A DNA stretch of 64,000 nucleotides, from positions 37,405 through 101,404 of the IMG/VR virus record IMGVR_UViG_2788500220_000014, one strand, 5' to 3'. This DNA is from a virus. Lineage: Duplodnaviria > Caudoviricetes. A program made the position numbers and the translations under genes. Each line of letters opens with the position of its first letter. The first letter of the stretch is position 1. Shown in pieces: positions 18,003 to 26,508 of the stretch. Under the pieces are notes generated by a model, which saw nothing but the letters and a program-made list of their open reading frames with translations, had not been told where the DNA came from and made no database searches.

Positions 18003-18985
18003 TTTAAAATCCCAGCCAACCTTTGCCATTTTTCGATAAGTAGATCATCCCTGGTTTTTCTTGACTCTGTTTTTGTTGCATTTCCAAGAGCATTTCCAAG
18101 AGCAGTAAGAAACTTAAGTGTGCGTTTCTCATCACCAAGAGATTGTAGATCAACTTGTCCTGCAGTGCCTAGTGATGCTGAAGGATCGTTCAACATCGTT
18201 GCTGCCCACCGATGATGGCCATCAAGGATCTCTCCGTTCGTACCTGCCCAAGCATCTAGATCACCCCCTGCAATTTGGTTTTTTGGGTTCATTGCCATCC
18301 CTAGGGCCTTGTATATAAGAATATTTGATTGGGTTGGTATAGCATCGCTTGCAGGAACTGATCCACCCTTAACAACCTTGATATCATCATCATCTTTATT
18401 CCCATCATTTTCTTCATGGCCGGATGTCATAAATTCTTTAGATTCAGCGTCATCCATACCTACAAATGTATTGGGCGCAGGAGGTACATTAAACTTTCCC
18501 CTCTTAAGATTTACTTTTCTTTCCTTAAGGGCCCTGATGTTTGATACATCATTCTTTTGGACGGCTTCATTGTGTGTGTCAATATTAAACTTGCCTCCAG
18601 GCGAAAGAGCATCAACTACTTGATCGACTGAACCTTTGGCATCTTCCGGGCCAGGAAGAAACGGCATGACAGACTTAGGTAATCCAGAAGTTGGTATTTT
18701 TGATGCCAACGTTTTGATTCTAGAAGCAACTTCCTCAGGTCCAATTTTTTCTACCCACTCCTTTGCCTGTGCACCGTTAGTAGCGAACCACTGGCCTTGA
18801 GTTGATTTAACAATTGGGGCATTATCATCTCCGGAAAGTAGCTGATTTACTATTTCGATTGGGTCAACATCTTTAACATTTGTTGACTTATCAACTGCGT
18901 CGCCCCGAGGAGCATCACCAATTTTACCGGTTGATTTCTCCTCTTCTTCAAATAAGATACTTACTAAGCTTGGAATTTTTTTCAT
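17999..18985 (-). CDS. ParB/Sulfiredoxin-like domain protein
   Basis: IPTQS..ILDGHHRWAA; ends IEKWQRLAGILK. Confidence 0.75.
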   Translation of the reverse strand: MKKIPSLVSILFEEEEKSTGKIGDAPRGDAVDKSTNVKDVDPIEIVNQLLSGDDNAPIVKSTQGQWFATNGAQAKEWVEKIGPEEVASRIKTLASKIPTSGLPKSVMPFLPGPEDAKGSVDQVVDALSPGGKFNIDTHNEAVQKNDVSNIRALKERKVNLKRGKFNVPPAPNTFVGMDDAESKEFMTSGHEENDGNKDDDDIKVVKGGSVPASDAIPTQSNILIYKALGMAMNPKNQIAGGDLDAWAGTNGEILDGHHRWAATMLNDPSASLGTAGQVDLQSLGDEKRTLKFLTALGNALGNATKTESRKTRDDLLIEKWQRLAGILK

Positions 18986-19455
18986 CCTGATGTCCTCATC
19001 GGTCCTTCAATTATTTCATTTAAAAATGCCACAAAATTCTTAGCACTTTTCTTATCGTGGATGCTAAGTGCTTTTTTATCATCGACATATATTTCCATGG
19101 TCAGACCATCCCATGTCCACGCAGCCTTAATATTACCAATCCCGATTATGTCCTCTTCCCTAACTGGATCCCGCGGGCCAGATTGTTCTTTTTTCTTTTT
19201 GCCCCAAAACTCAGATAATTTACGAATTTCTTCTTTAATAAGTGCAGAAGGATCATGACGGCGCATACCAGAATCCCACCTAACCGAAATTTGCCTGTCT
19301 CTTTTATTTGATTTTGCAACAACACGGCCAACACCAAGGTGCGCATCGTCCTTATGGCGAACGATATCACCTACCGTGATGTTAAACGTAGGCCTAGACT
19401 CTGAGAATAATTCTTCTCTAATAATCTTTCTTAGTTGATGCTTGGTAATTTTCAT
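18982..19455 (-). CDS. leader-tagged protein with SH3/KOW-like domain
   Basis: MKITKHQLRKIIREE + VGDIVRH..LGVGRVV..SVRW. Confidence 0.8.
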   Translation of the reverse strand: MKITKHQLRKIIREELFSESRPTFNITVGDIVRHKDDAHLGVGRVVAKSNKRDRQISVRWDSGMRRHDPSALIKEEIRKLSEFWGKKKKEQSGPRDPVREEDIIGIGNIKAAWTWDGLTMEIYVDDKKALSIHDKKSAKNFVAFLNEIIEGPMRTSG

Positions 19456-19456
19456 C

Positions 19457-19801
19457 TTACCATTCTCCGGTGTCATTGCCATCTTCATCTAGCATTACAG
19501 CATATTCTTCAAGCTCTTCATATGTTGTAGCCATAGTAGTAGAAAAACTATTCGGATATTCATCAGATGCAGCAGCTGACATTATATGGCCATACCAATA
19601 GCGGAACGCCCTGGCTTCAATCGACCTATCTGGTACTAGCTTGGTAATCTCGAGCGCTTCTTCTGTTAGTACTTGAATCTCTTGCATGATATCCTTAAAT
19701 CGATATAGATCATTCTCATCTAGGCCCTCAAATTGCTCTTTAAGAATACGAGATTTTTCCTCACGAATTATTCTTCTTAACTGTCGTTTTGTAATTTTCA
19801 T
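19457..19801 (-). CDS. leader-tagged protein
   Basis: MKITKRQLRRIIREE. Confidence 0.8.
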   Translation of the reverse strand: MKITKRQLRRIIREEKSRILKEQFEGLDENDLYRFKDIMQEIQVLTEEALEITKLVPDRSIEARAFRYWYGHIMSAAASDEYPNSFSTTMATTYEELEEYAVMLDEDGNDTGEW

Positions 19802-20103
19802 TATCGTAACCCAAACTCTATAAGCTCTTCAGCATCATCAATAATCGTGCCAAGATAATCTGACAACTCTGGGAACAGTTCATAAAGAGATTCTTCCACC
19901 TCTTCGCGATCGCCTCCACCCTTAAAGATATTAACAGCTGTATCCCTGGCTTCCATTTCTATGTCCATGATCTTGGGTTCCCAGCCACCCTCAGGTTCTC
20001 CATACATGGTACCATCATGTGGATTAGCCTCACGATCAATAAAGAAATCTTTCTCAATAGTTTCCTTGATGATTCTTCTTAGTTGCTTTTTTGTAATTTT
20101 CAT
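19801..20103 (-). CDS. leader-tagged protein
   Basis: MKITKKQLRRIIKET. Confidence 0.8.
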   Translation of the reverse strand: MKITKKQLRRIIKETIEKDFFIDREANPHDGTMYGEPEGGWEPKIMDIEMEARDTAVNIFKGGGDREEVEESLYELFPELSDYLGTIIDDAEELIEFGLR

Positions 20104-20104
20104 T

Positions 20105-20893
20105 TTAAAGTTCCCTGTATATATCTGCTAATGCTTGCTTCAAATACTTTCGGCCATTTTCCCCTAGCTCAGCAAATAATTGCGATAAAATCTCCTTTAC
20201 AGAATCCTTATTGTTCGCTGCGTCAATAGCAACTAGAAGAGGTTGTACGCCACTTTTATCTAGTGCAATGTCTGCTTTTTTTCCTGCAGCAGTCTTTGAT
20301 TCTGCACCGGCATCAGCAGAAGCTTCATCTTCAGGATTTTCTTTAAGAATTTCTTCTCTAATAATTTGCCGTAAGCGGCTTTTCGTTATATTCATTGCTT
20401 TATTCTCCCATTGTCTTTGTGCACTTTTTGTTTTTAGACGTTTACCCATTCCAGATCTCTGAGGTACTTTTTCATAGTCTAAATCTAATCCAGGTACCTG
20501 TAGGGCTGCTAGCTCCTGTCGCTCTTTTTCCCACTCTGCTTCACGCTCAGCATTAAATGCATCATCTTCTGCCATAGCTTCAGCTTCACGATCTAAGTCA
20601 TCAATCGCCGCTTGAACTTGTGCGACTGTCTCAAACCTTGCCCAACGTGGTCGGATACCATGAAGCGATTTGAATGCGTCTGAGTACGTCTGAGATAAGA
20701 TCTCAAAGGCTAACTCTTCTCCAGTTGTAATACCTCTCTCTTCCCAAAATGACTGATCTGTAACAAGGGTCATACCATATAATCCTGGGCCAGCTTGGGC
20801 ATTAATTTTCTCAGCTTCTTCCTGTGCAGTAGGTGCAAAGCCTGACATAGCTTCACGAATTATCTTCTCTAGTTTTTTGCGACTAATTCTCAT
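20105..20893 (-). CDS. leader-tagged protein with second internal leader
   Basis: MRISRKKLEKIIRE; YSDAFKSLHGIRPRW; internal MNITKSRLRQIIREEILKE. Confidence 0.8.
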   Translation of the reverse strand: MRISRKKLEKIIREAMSGFAPTAQEEAEKINAQAGPGLYGMTLVTDQSFWEERGITTGEELAFEILSQTYSDAFKSLHGIRPRWARFETVAQVQAAIDDLDREAEAMAEDDAFNAEREAEWEKERQELAALQVPGLDLDYEKVPQRSGMGKRLKTKSAQRQWENKAMNITKSRLRQIIREEILKENPEDEASADAGAESKTAAGKKADIALDKSGVQPLLVAIDAANNKDSVKEILSQLFAELGENGRKYLKQALADIYREL

Positions 20894-20902
20894 GTTATCA
20901 TC

Positions 20903-22279
20903 CTAATCATAATATGGCATCATCGGTGGACCCTGGGGCGGCCGGCGGCCCAAGGTTTTTCCTGCTCTTCTGTTCAGGAAGTCTAAAAATTTTGGAACAT
21001 CAATCTGATCTTTTGGAACAGCCACCTCACCAACACCATGTGATATACTATCTGGTGCGGAAAGCCTTATATACCTCTTATACTCTTTCCATCCTAGGGT
21101 CTTTAAATCCTCAGGGGTGACCGTGGATGTAAAATGGTTTGCCAATAGTTCTAGCCATTCTTTATCTGGGTCAGATGTTATAGCACTACTTTGTCGAGCT
21201 TTTTCTATTTTCCACGCTTCATTTTCTATTGCATCAGTGTCACGACGTGTCACACCATTGCTGTACAATAGATCTGCTAGTTCACTATCATCTAAAAATA
21301 CTGGTAAATCAGACCACCCAAATATTGGCAATAATATCTCTGCAGCCTCCTTATATTTTTTTGCTTTGGCAAGTGGAACTACGACAGCTGCAATTTCATC
21401 ATCACTATTCTTTGCAGTAAGGGTTTCATTAATGATCCCTGCTATCTTTAAAATCCTATTATATGAAGCGGCAATCGTTTCTTTAGCAGGATCTTCACCT
21501 GATATCCATTCTCCATATTTCTTAATATATTTTGAGACTCCGTTGCTAATTCCTGTGTATACTGTATCAGCAACAATATCCTTGAATATCTGTTTACTAG
21601 GCCGGCTATTACCATACCCAAAACTATAAGAGCTCTTATTTTCATCTGGCAACGAGCTATATAAATCCGCAACTTCCTTACTGTCAGCCCACTCGGTATA
21701 GCCTGATGCGATATCTGCTGAGGCATCTTGCCCGTATTGAAGCACATAATCTCCGGGGCTATCCCATTGTTGGTAGCTGCTTCCATCTTGCCACATCTTA
21801 GGATTATTATAGGCATCATGCATAGTATCCATGGCCCAATCTTCTCCGCCGGCTTCAGCATCATTCAATATTTTTTCTTTGAGAGCTTCATATTTTTCTT
21901 CAGCTTCTTCTTCCTGGCGCTTTTCTTCAGCTTCAGCTTCATCTTCCCTGGCAAAATGCGCATCCCAGTCGTAGTCGGGATCTGACTCATCTGTAATCGG
22001 GCCTTTTTCTTCAGGCTCTATATACCACTGACTGTCTGGGTACCACTCTTGCTCTTCCATGGATTCACCAGCTGGAATCATCATTTCAAATGATTCCGGA
22101 TCTTCAACATCTGTCTCTACCTGATCACCTGGTTCGAGCTCATCCAAGAACATCTCCATATCAGCAGTCGTTTGAAATTCTGGAACAGTATATCCTGCAT
22201 CATACTCTTTAAGAAGTCTTTTTGCACGGATCACTTCTTCCTTGATGATTCTTTTCAGTTGTCGTTTTGTGATTTTCAT
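20903..22279 (-). CDS. leader-tagged acidic protein
   Basis: MKITKRQLKRIIKEE; internal RILKIAGIINE. Confidence 0.8.
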   Translation of the reverse strand: MKITKRQLKRIIKEEVIRAKRLLKEYDAGYTVPEFQTTADMEMFLDELEPGDQVETDVEDPESFEMMIPAGESMEEQEWYPDSQWYIEPEEKGPITDESDPDYDWDAHFAREDEAEAEEKRQEEEAEEKYEALKEKILNDAEAGGEDWAMDTMHDAYNNPKMWQDGSSYQQWDSPGDYVLQYGQDASADIASGYTEWADSKEVADLYSSLPDENKSSYSFGYGNSRPSKQIFKDIVADTVYTGISNGVSKYIKKYGEWISGEDPAKETIAASYNRILKIAGIINETLTAKNSDDEIAAVVVPLAKAKKYKEAAEILLPIFGWSDLPVFLDDSELADLLYSNGVTRRDTDAIENEAWKIEKARQSSAITSDPDKEWLELLANHFTSTVTPEDLKTLGWKEYKRYIRLSAPDSISHGVGEVAVPKDQIDVPKFLDFLNRRAGKTLGRRPPQGPPMMPYYD

Positions 22280-22577
22280 TATATTCCTCTTCCGGTATGC
22301 TACTTTCGACGTCATCAGCCAAGCCACGGAGGTCGGCAGCTAACTCATGCCATTCCGACGGATTCGTTTGATCCATTGCTTGATTTATTATGTCAGCAAG
22401 GGTATGCCATAGTGGTTGATCATAAGAGCGGCCTTTAATCTTAACGCTTGAAAGGCTTCCTCGTTGAGCATCCATCTTTGCTGCTGCGATCCCCATATCA
22501 GCAGGAGTCATTTCATTTATTAGCTTAGAATGTTCTTCTTTAATGATTCTTTTTAATTGTCGTTTTGTGATTTTCAT
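22209..22577 (-). CDS. leader-tagged protein
   Basis: MKITKRQLKRIIKEE; 3' end overlaps next gene by ~70 nt. Confidence 0.75.
   Translation of the reverse strand: MKITKRQLKRIIKEEHSKLINEMTPADMGIAAAKMDAQRGSLSSVKIKGRSYDQPLWHTLADIINQAMDQTNPSEWHELAADLRGLADDVESSIPEEEYNENHKTTTEKNHQGRSDPCKKTS
22235..22280. repeat. 46-nt perfect repeat of leader-coding DNA (second copy 24009-24054)
   Basis: TTCTTCCTTGATGATTCTTTTCAGTTGTCGTTTTGTGATTTTCATT at both sites. Confidence 0.85.
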
Positions 22578-23332
22578 TAGTCTAACCTTACGTCAATAAT
22601 ATCTGGCACCATACGCTTAAGTTCTCGTAAACCAGCTGGATACATACTTCCAGGCATCTCAACTACTATGTCGATTGCCGTACCGTTATCACCTAGTTCC
22701 ATTACAACACCTGACATTTCGTCACCAGGTTGTATTCCGCCATATTCATCTTCATAATCTTCCCATGCATCGAAGCCCATATAGAATGTACCACTGCTTG
22801 GGCTGTAGCCAAGATAAGACTCCTGCCCTTCGCTATATCCGGATCGTTGAAGATACTGCCAGGCCTCACCAACACCGGGGCCCTCATAAAATACCTGATA
22901 TACGTTTACTCCATCAACCATTACACCTTCAGGCCAGGCGGCACTAACTTGTTCTTCGGTAACATCTGGATCCGTAAGTTCGGCCGTGATACCACTCATA
23001 TTACTTTCAGAAAGCCCTTCTTCTGATTCTGCAGCTGCCTTAAGGGCAGCTTTAGCTCTTGCGCGCCGGGTTTCAGAAGCTTTTCGGGCCCGATAATCCG
23101 CGGGGGACTCATCACCATACGGATTTTCTCGGCCGTAATAGTCAGCCTGTCTCTCGTTCCGGGTCCGTTGCGCTTTACGTGCACGATAGTCTGCTGGAGA
23201 CTCGTCACCATATTCGTTGTCAGGGCCATGGAGTCGATCGTTTAATCTTCTTTGAGCCTCAGGTGAACGTTCAACAAGTCTTGAGATCTCTTCTTTGATT
23301 ATTCTTCTTAGTTGTTTTTGTGTAATTTTCAT
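22577..23332 (-). CDS. leader-tagged protein with duplicated YGDESPADYRARKA
   Basis: MKITQKQLRRIIKEE. Confidence 0.8.
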   Translation of the reverse strand: MKITQKQLRRIIKEEISRLVERSPEAQRRLNDRLHGPDNEYGDESPADYRARKAQRTRNERQADYYGRENPYGDESPADYRARKASETRRARAKAALKAAAESEEGLSESNMSGITAELTDPDVTEEQVSAAWPEGVMVDGVNVYQVFYEGPGVGEAWQYLQRSGYSEGQESYLGYSPSSGTFYMGFDAWEDYEDEYGGIQPGDEMSGVVMELGDNGTAIDIVVEMPGSMYPAGLRELKRMVPDIIDVRLD

Positions 23333-23775
23333 TCTTTCTGCATCCACTCGTCCCCCCAATCGAGGTCGTCCATCCATGAGTCATCGCCGGCGTCTTCGTC
23401 GTCTTCGTCGTCATCAAAGGTCCCAAGAGCCAATAGGCTATCCCTTAGGTCAGCTGGAGCAGACCCATCATCTATAGCCCAATTAATCTCATCCTCTACA
23501 TCGGTGGGATCAGGGCTGCCATCATCAGTCATTTGATCAATACGTTGAGATAGAGGGTGATCTGGGCCCAATACATCCCTTATGTCTTCCCACATATAGT
23601 CAACAGTGTCAGTCCGGCTCTCATACTGTTCCCAATGTGCATCGGCAGCCAGAAAATAAGGGTGCCTCTTCGGCTTCTTCTTCTTTTTGTTTTTCTTTTT
23701 CTTTTTCTCAATTAGAATATTTCTAGAAATTTCTTCCTTGATGATTCTTTTGAGTTGGCTCTTTGTGATTTTCAT
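23329..23775 (-). CDS. leader-tagged protein with poly-Lys tract and acidic tail
   Basis: MKITKSQLKRIIKEE. Confidence 0.8.
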   Translation of the reverse strand: MKITKSQLKRIIKEEISRNILIEKKKKKNKKKKKPKRHPYFLAADAHWEQYESRTDTVDYMWEDIRDVLGPDHPLSQRIDQMTDDGSPDPTDVEDEINWAIDDGSAPADLRDSLLALGTFDDDEDDEDAGDDSWMDDLDWGDEWMQKE

Positions 23776-24053
23776 AGTCTTATCCCCAGGTTCCGAGCGA
23801 TTCTTTCAAGCATTCCCTCAAGTTCCTCCGAAGCATCCATTAAATCATAGTCATCGGTACCATATGCTTCTTGCAGTTTATCAGCAAACTCAAACATTGC
23901 ATTTAAAAAGCCCTTTGTCCCATCATGTAATCTCCAGTAATCCTCACCTGATACTGCCATGGACTCATTTTGAAGTGAGGCTCTCTCTTTTTTACGGTCG
24001 CTTGATATTTCTTCCTTGATGATTCTTTTCAGTTGTCGTTTTGTGATTTTCAT
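23772..24053 (-). CDS. leader-tagged protein
   Basis: MKITKRQLKRIIKEE. Confidence 0.8.
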   Translation of the reverse strand: MKITKRQLKRIIKEEISSDRKKERASLQNESMAVSGEDYWRLHDGTKGFLNAMFEFADKLQEAYGTDDYDLMDASEELEGMLERIARNLGIRL

Positions 24054-24054
24054 T

Positions 24055-24291
24055 TTAAAATCCTCCTGCCCTAATTGTATCTGCTATATCGCGATCTGGT
24101 ATGCCCATTGCTCGACAGCGCTCAATGCATGCTGTGAGATCGTCTAACGCCTCGAGTTGATCTAGGCTTCGATTTACATATAACTCTTCATCGACGTCAT
24201 TGTATTGTTCACCATAACGAGGGGCCTCTTTTAGCAATTTAAGCTTCTCTTCCTTAATGATCCGTTTAAGCTGTCTCTTGGTTATTCTCAT
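24055..24291 (-). CDS. leader-tagged protein
   Basis: MRITKRQLKRIIKEE from ATG 24291. Confidence 0.8.
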   Translation of the reverse strand: MRITKRQLKRIIKEEKLKLLKEAPRYGEQYNDVDEELYVNRSLDQLEALDDLTACIERCRAMGIPDRDIADTIRAGGF

Positions 24292-24292
24292 T

Positions 24293-24394
24293 CTAACATT
24301 GCCCTTTACAGCTAGTGCAACCGCAACAACCGCAACAGCAACAACAATGACTGTCATTAAATAAATTTGCTAATCTGTGTAATACCTTTTTCAT
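24293..24394 (-). CDS. 33-aa Cys-rich peptide (metallothionein- or RiPP-precursor-like), absent from ORF track
   Basis: MKKVLHRLANLFNDSHCCCCCGCCGCTSCKGQC; AAGGAG RBS; fills the gap between two array genes. Confidence 0.7.
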   Translation of the reverse strand: MKKVLHRLANLFNDSHCCCCCGCCGCTSCKGQC

Positions 24395-24430
24395 TTTTAA
24401 TCTCCTTTTATTGTTGATTGGTAACCTTCA

Positions 24431-24808
24431 TTATACCGGGGTTCCTTCAATTAACCATGTAAATAGATGCCATGGCTCACTTTCATTCCAGTATTCAGAA
24501 TATCGATCAGCCCAATCTTCAAAAGCATCAGTAAAATCTTTATTAAGCGCTGCCTTATCTGGTGCGATTGTGCCAGATTCCAGGCCTGATATTACGTCGG
24601 TAAATTGGGATAGATCTCTCTTCATATCATCATACCATGTGGTTGACTTATCTTGTGGATTGATCTGTTCAAACCCATACATCTGATTAACAGTTTCGTG
24701 CCAGGTATCAGGCTCGCGAGGGCCCTGATATGGGTCGTCGACACTATCAAACCACGGGTCAAGTTCTTCTTTGATGATCTGCTTAAGCCGGCTTTTTGTA
24801 ATCTTCAC
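24431..24808 (-). CDS. leader-tagged protein
   Basis: GTG start VKITKSRLKQIIKEE. Confidence 0.8.
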   Translation of the reverse strand: MKITKSRLKQIIKEELDPWFDSVDDPYQGPREPDTWHETVNQMYGFEQINPQDKSTTWYDDMKRDLSQFTDVISGLESGTIAPDKAALNKDFTDAFEDWADRYSEYWNESEPWHLFTWLIEGTPV

Positions 24809-24809
24809 T

Positions 24810-25166
24810 TTAATATCCCTCCGGGCGGGCCCATGCAATTATTTCGTCATCCGACATATCTTGTGCCATTACACTCGATGCCTTTGCTGCGGCTACAAAT
24901 TTCCTTGAGTCTCTTTTTGCAAGAGAACCTGGTGAGATCGAAATATCCATCTCAGCAAAGTCTCTAAACCCTAATTCATATGCCATATGATCCAGGTCAA
25001 GTATTCCGATATCCAATGCCTCAGAAAACTCGTACCAATTGGAATCCTTTGGGGGATAGCCATTCACCGGTGATGGTGGGCCGTGCGTACCAGTTCGATA
25101 CTCATTAACAATATGGGATACTTCTTCCTTGATGATCCGCTTAAGCTGTCTTTTGGTTATTCTCAT
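24810..25166 (-). CDS. leader-tagged protein
   Basis: MRITKRQLKRIIKEE. Confidence 0.8.
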   Translation of the reverse strand: MRITKRQLKRIIKEEVSHIVNEYRTGTHGPPSPVNGYPPKDSNWYEFSEALDIGILDLDHMAYELGFRDFAEMDISISPGSLAKRDSRKFVAAAKASSVMAQDMSDDEIIAWARPEGY

Positions 25167-25167
25167 T

Positions 25168-25587
25168 TTACCATGCTCCTGGTGTACCTTGAGGAAAACT
25201 GTATGCCTTACCATACTCATCTTGTTCATCGAGGATCATAATAATATCCTCAAATGATCGGAGACCAGGAAGAGTATGATCGTATGCAGGTAAATTAAAC
25301 AGATTATGGCTTCGGGCCCAGCGTACAAACTCTGACATATCTGTAGGTTGTGGACTTAATTCATATTCAGGTGTACCATAATTCGGATGTAAAGAAATTG
25401 TATAATCATCAACCACCTTGCCGGTGTCATCATATACGGTTACAGATGCCGCATCTTCACTCATGCCTCGATAGTTGAGGATGTCATATTCACTGTGCGC
25501 GCCGGCTGGAATGTTTGACGATTCGTGAAGGAGGCGGGATACTTCTTCTTTAATGAGCCGCTTAAGCTGTCTTTTGGTTATTCTCAC
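25168..25587 (-). CDS. leader-tagged protein
   Basis: MRITKRQLKRLIKEE. Confidence 0.8.
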   Translation of the reverse strand: MRITKRQLKRLIKEEVSRLLHESSNIPAGAHSEYDILNYRGMSEDAASVTVYDDTGKVVDDYTISLHPNYGTPEYELSPQPTDMSEFVRWARSHNLFNLPAYDHTLPGLRSFEDIIMILDEQDEYGKAYSFPQGTPGAW

Positions 25588-25598
25588 CGTGTTGTCTC

Positions 25599-25922
25599 CT
25601 ATCGATACATATCGGGGTTTGATAATACGTCTTCTAACTCAGCAATCTTATCATCGATTGACATCATACCAAACTCAGAATCATTGACTGTAGTAGCACC
25701 CATTGCTCTTTCTGCTTCAAGCGCCTCGATTTGATCTGCCTCGAATCCCGGGGCAGAAAGTATCTTTCGGTCACCTATGATTACACCATCAAATGCTGTA
25801 CCTGAACTATAAGTTACATTAACGACATTCTCACGCAGCTTACGCCGGACCTTGGCCTCAGCAATCAGCTTAGCCTTCTCTTCTTTGATTATTCGTTTAA
25901 GCTGTCTCTTGGTTATTCTCAT
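25599..25922 (-). CDS. leader-tagged protein
   Basis: MRITKRQLKRIIKEEKAKLIAE. Confidence 0.8.
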   Translation of the reverse strand: MRITKRQLKRIIKEEKAKLIAEAKVRRKLRENVVNVTYSSGTAFDGVIIGDRKILSAPGFEADQIEALEAERAMGATTVNDSEFGMMSIDDKIAELEDVLSNPDMYR

Positions 25923-25939
25923 CGTGTTGTCTCCTATGA

Positions 25940-26365
25940 CTATTGTATTCTATATACCGCATCTAAAGTTGAGTTGTCAACGTCAACCCAGTCACCACCA
26001 TCCCACATCATATATGCATCTGGGCCGGCGCTATATGGCGAGTTCATATCATCCCACCAGTGAACCAGCGTGCCATTAACAATAAAGAATTCAGATTCTG
26101 ATAATAGTTGATTCTGCGTTGGAACTTCAGTTTCGAAGTCCCCAGGGGAATGATCTGCACCTAATAGCCAATTCAAAAGATTTTTCTCTAACATCATCAT
26201 GGCATCTGGGAACATAGATCTAGCATCTTCTAACGTTACCTGTCTATTGCCCGGGGCATTCTCACATAATTTACGCCTGACCAATCGTCGGACCTTGGTC
26301 TCAGCAACCAGCTTGGCTTTTTCTTCTTTGATGATCCGCTTAAGCTGTCTCTTGGTTATTCTCAC
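25940..26365 (-). CDS. leader-tagged protein
   Basis: MRITKRQLKRIIKEEKAKLVAE. Confidence 0.8.
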   Translation of the reverse strand: MRITKRQLKRIIKEEKAKLVAETKVRRLVRRKLCENAPGNRQVTLEDARSMFPDAMMMLEKNLLNWLLGADHSPGDFETEVPTQNQLLSESEFFIVNGTLVHWWDDMNSPYSAGPDAYMMWDGGDWVDVDNSTLDAVYRIQ

Positions 26366-26508
26366 CGTGTTGTCTCCTATGACTAATCATATAATAGAGA
26401 CTCTCACGACACCAGCTTATGTGCGATAAATTTTTGGATTGTGTGAGTCTCATTTTATTTTCTCCTCGTGGGCACAGACTTTACAATATCCCACGCTTTT
26501 CACTAAGT

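Larger units (their letters stand above)
25562..26380. repeat. three ~41-nt direct repeats spanning RBS + leader start (25562-25602, 25897-25937, 26340-26380)
   Basis: Minus strand ATAGGAGACAACACG[AG]TGAGAATAACCAA[AG]AGACAGCTTAA. Confidence 0.85.

Noticed and set aside
24291-24357. Hydrophobic N-terminal extension MTVIVVAVAV... as a signal peptide
   Set aside because: It is the alternative frame of the Cys-rich peptide; the leader starts at 24291
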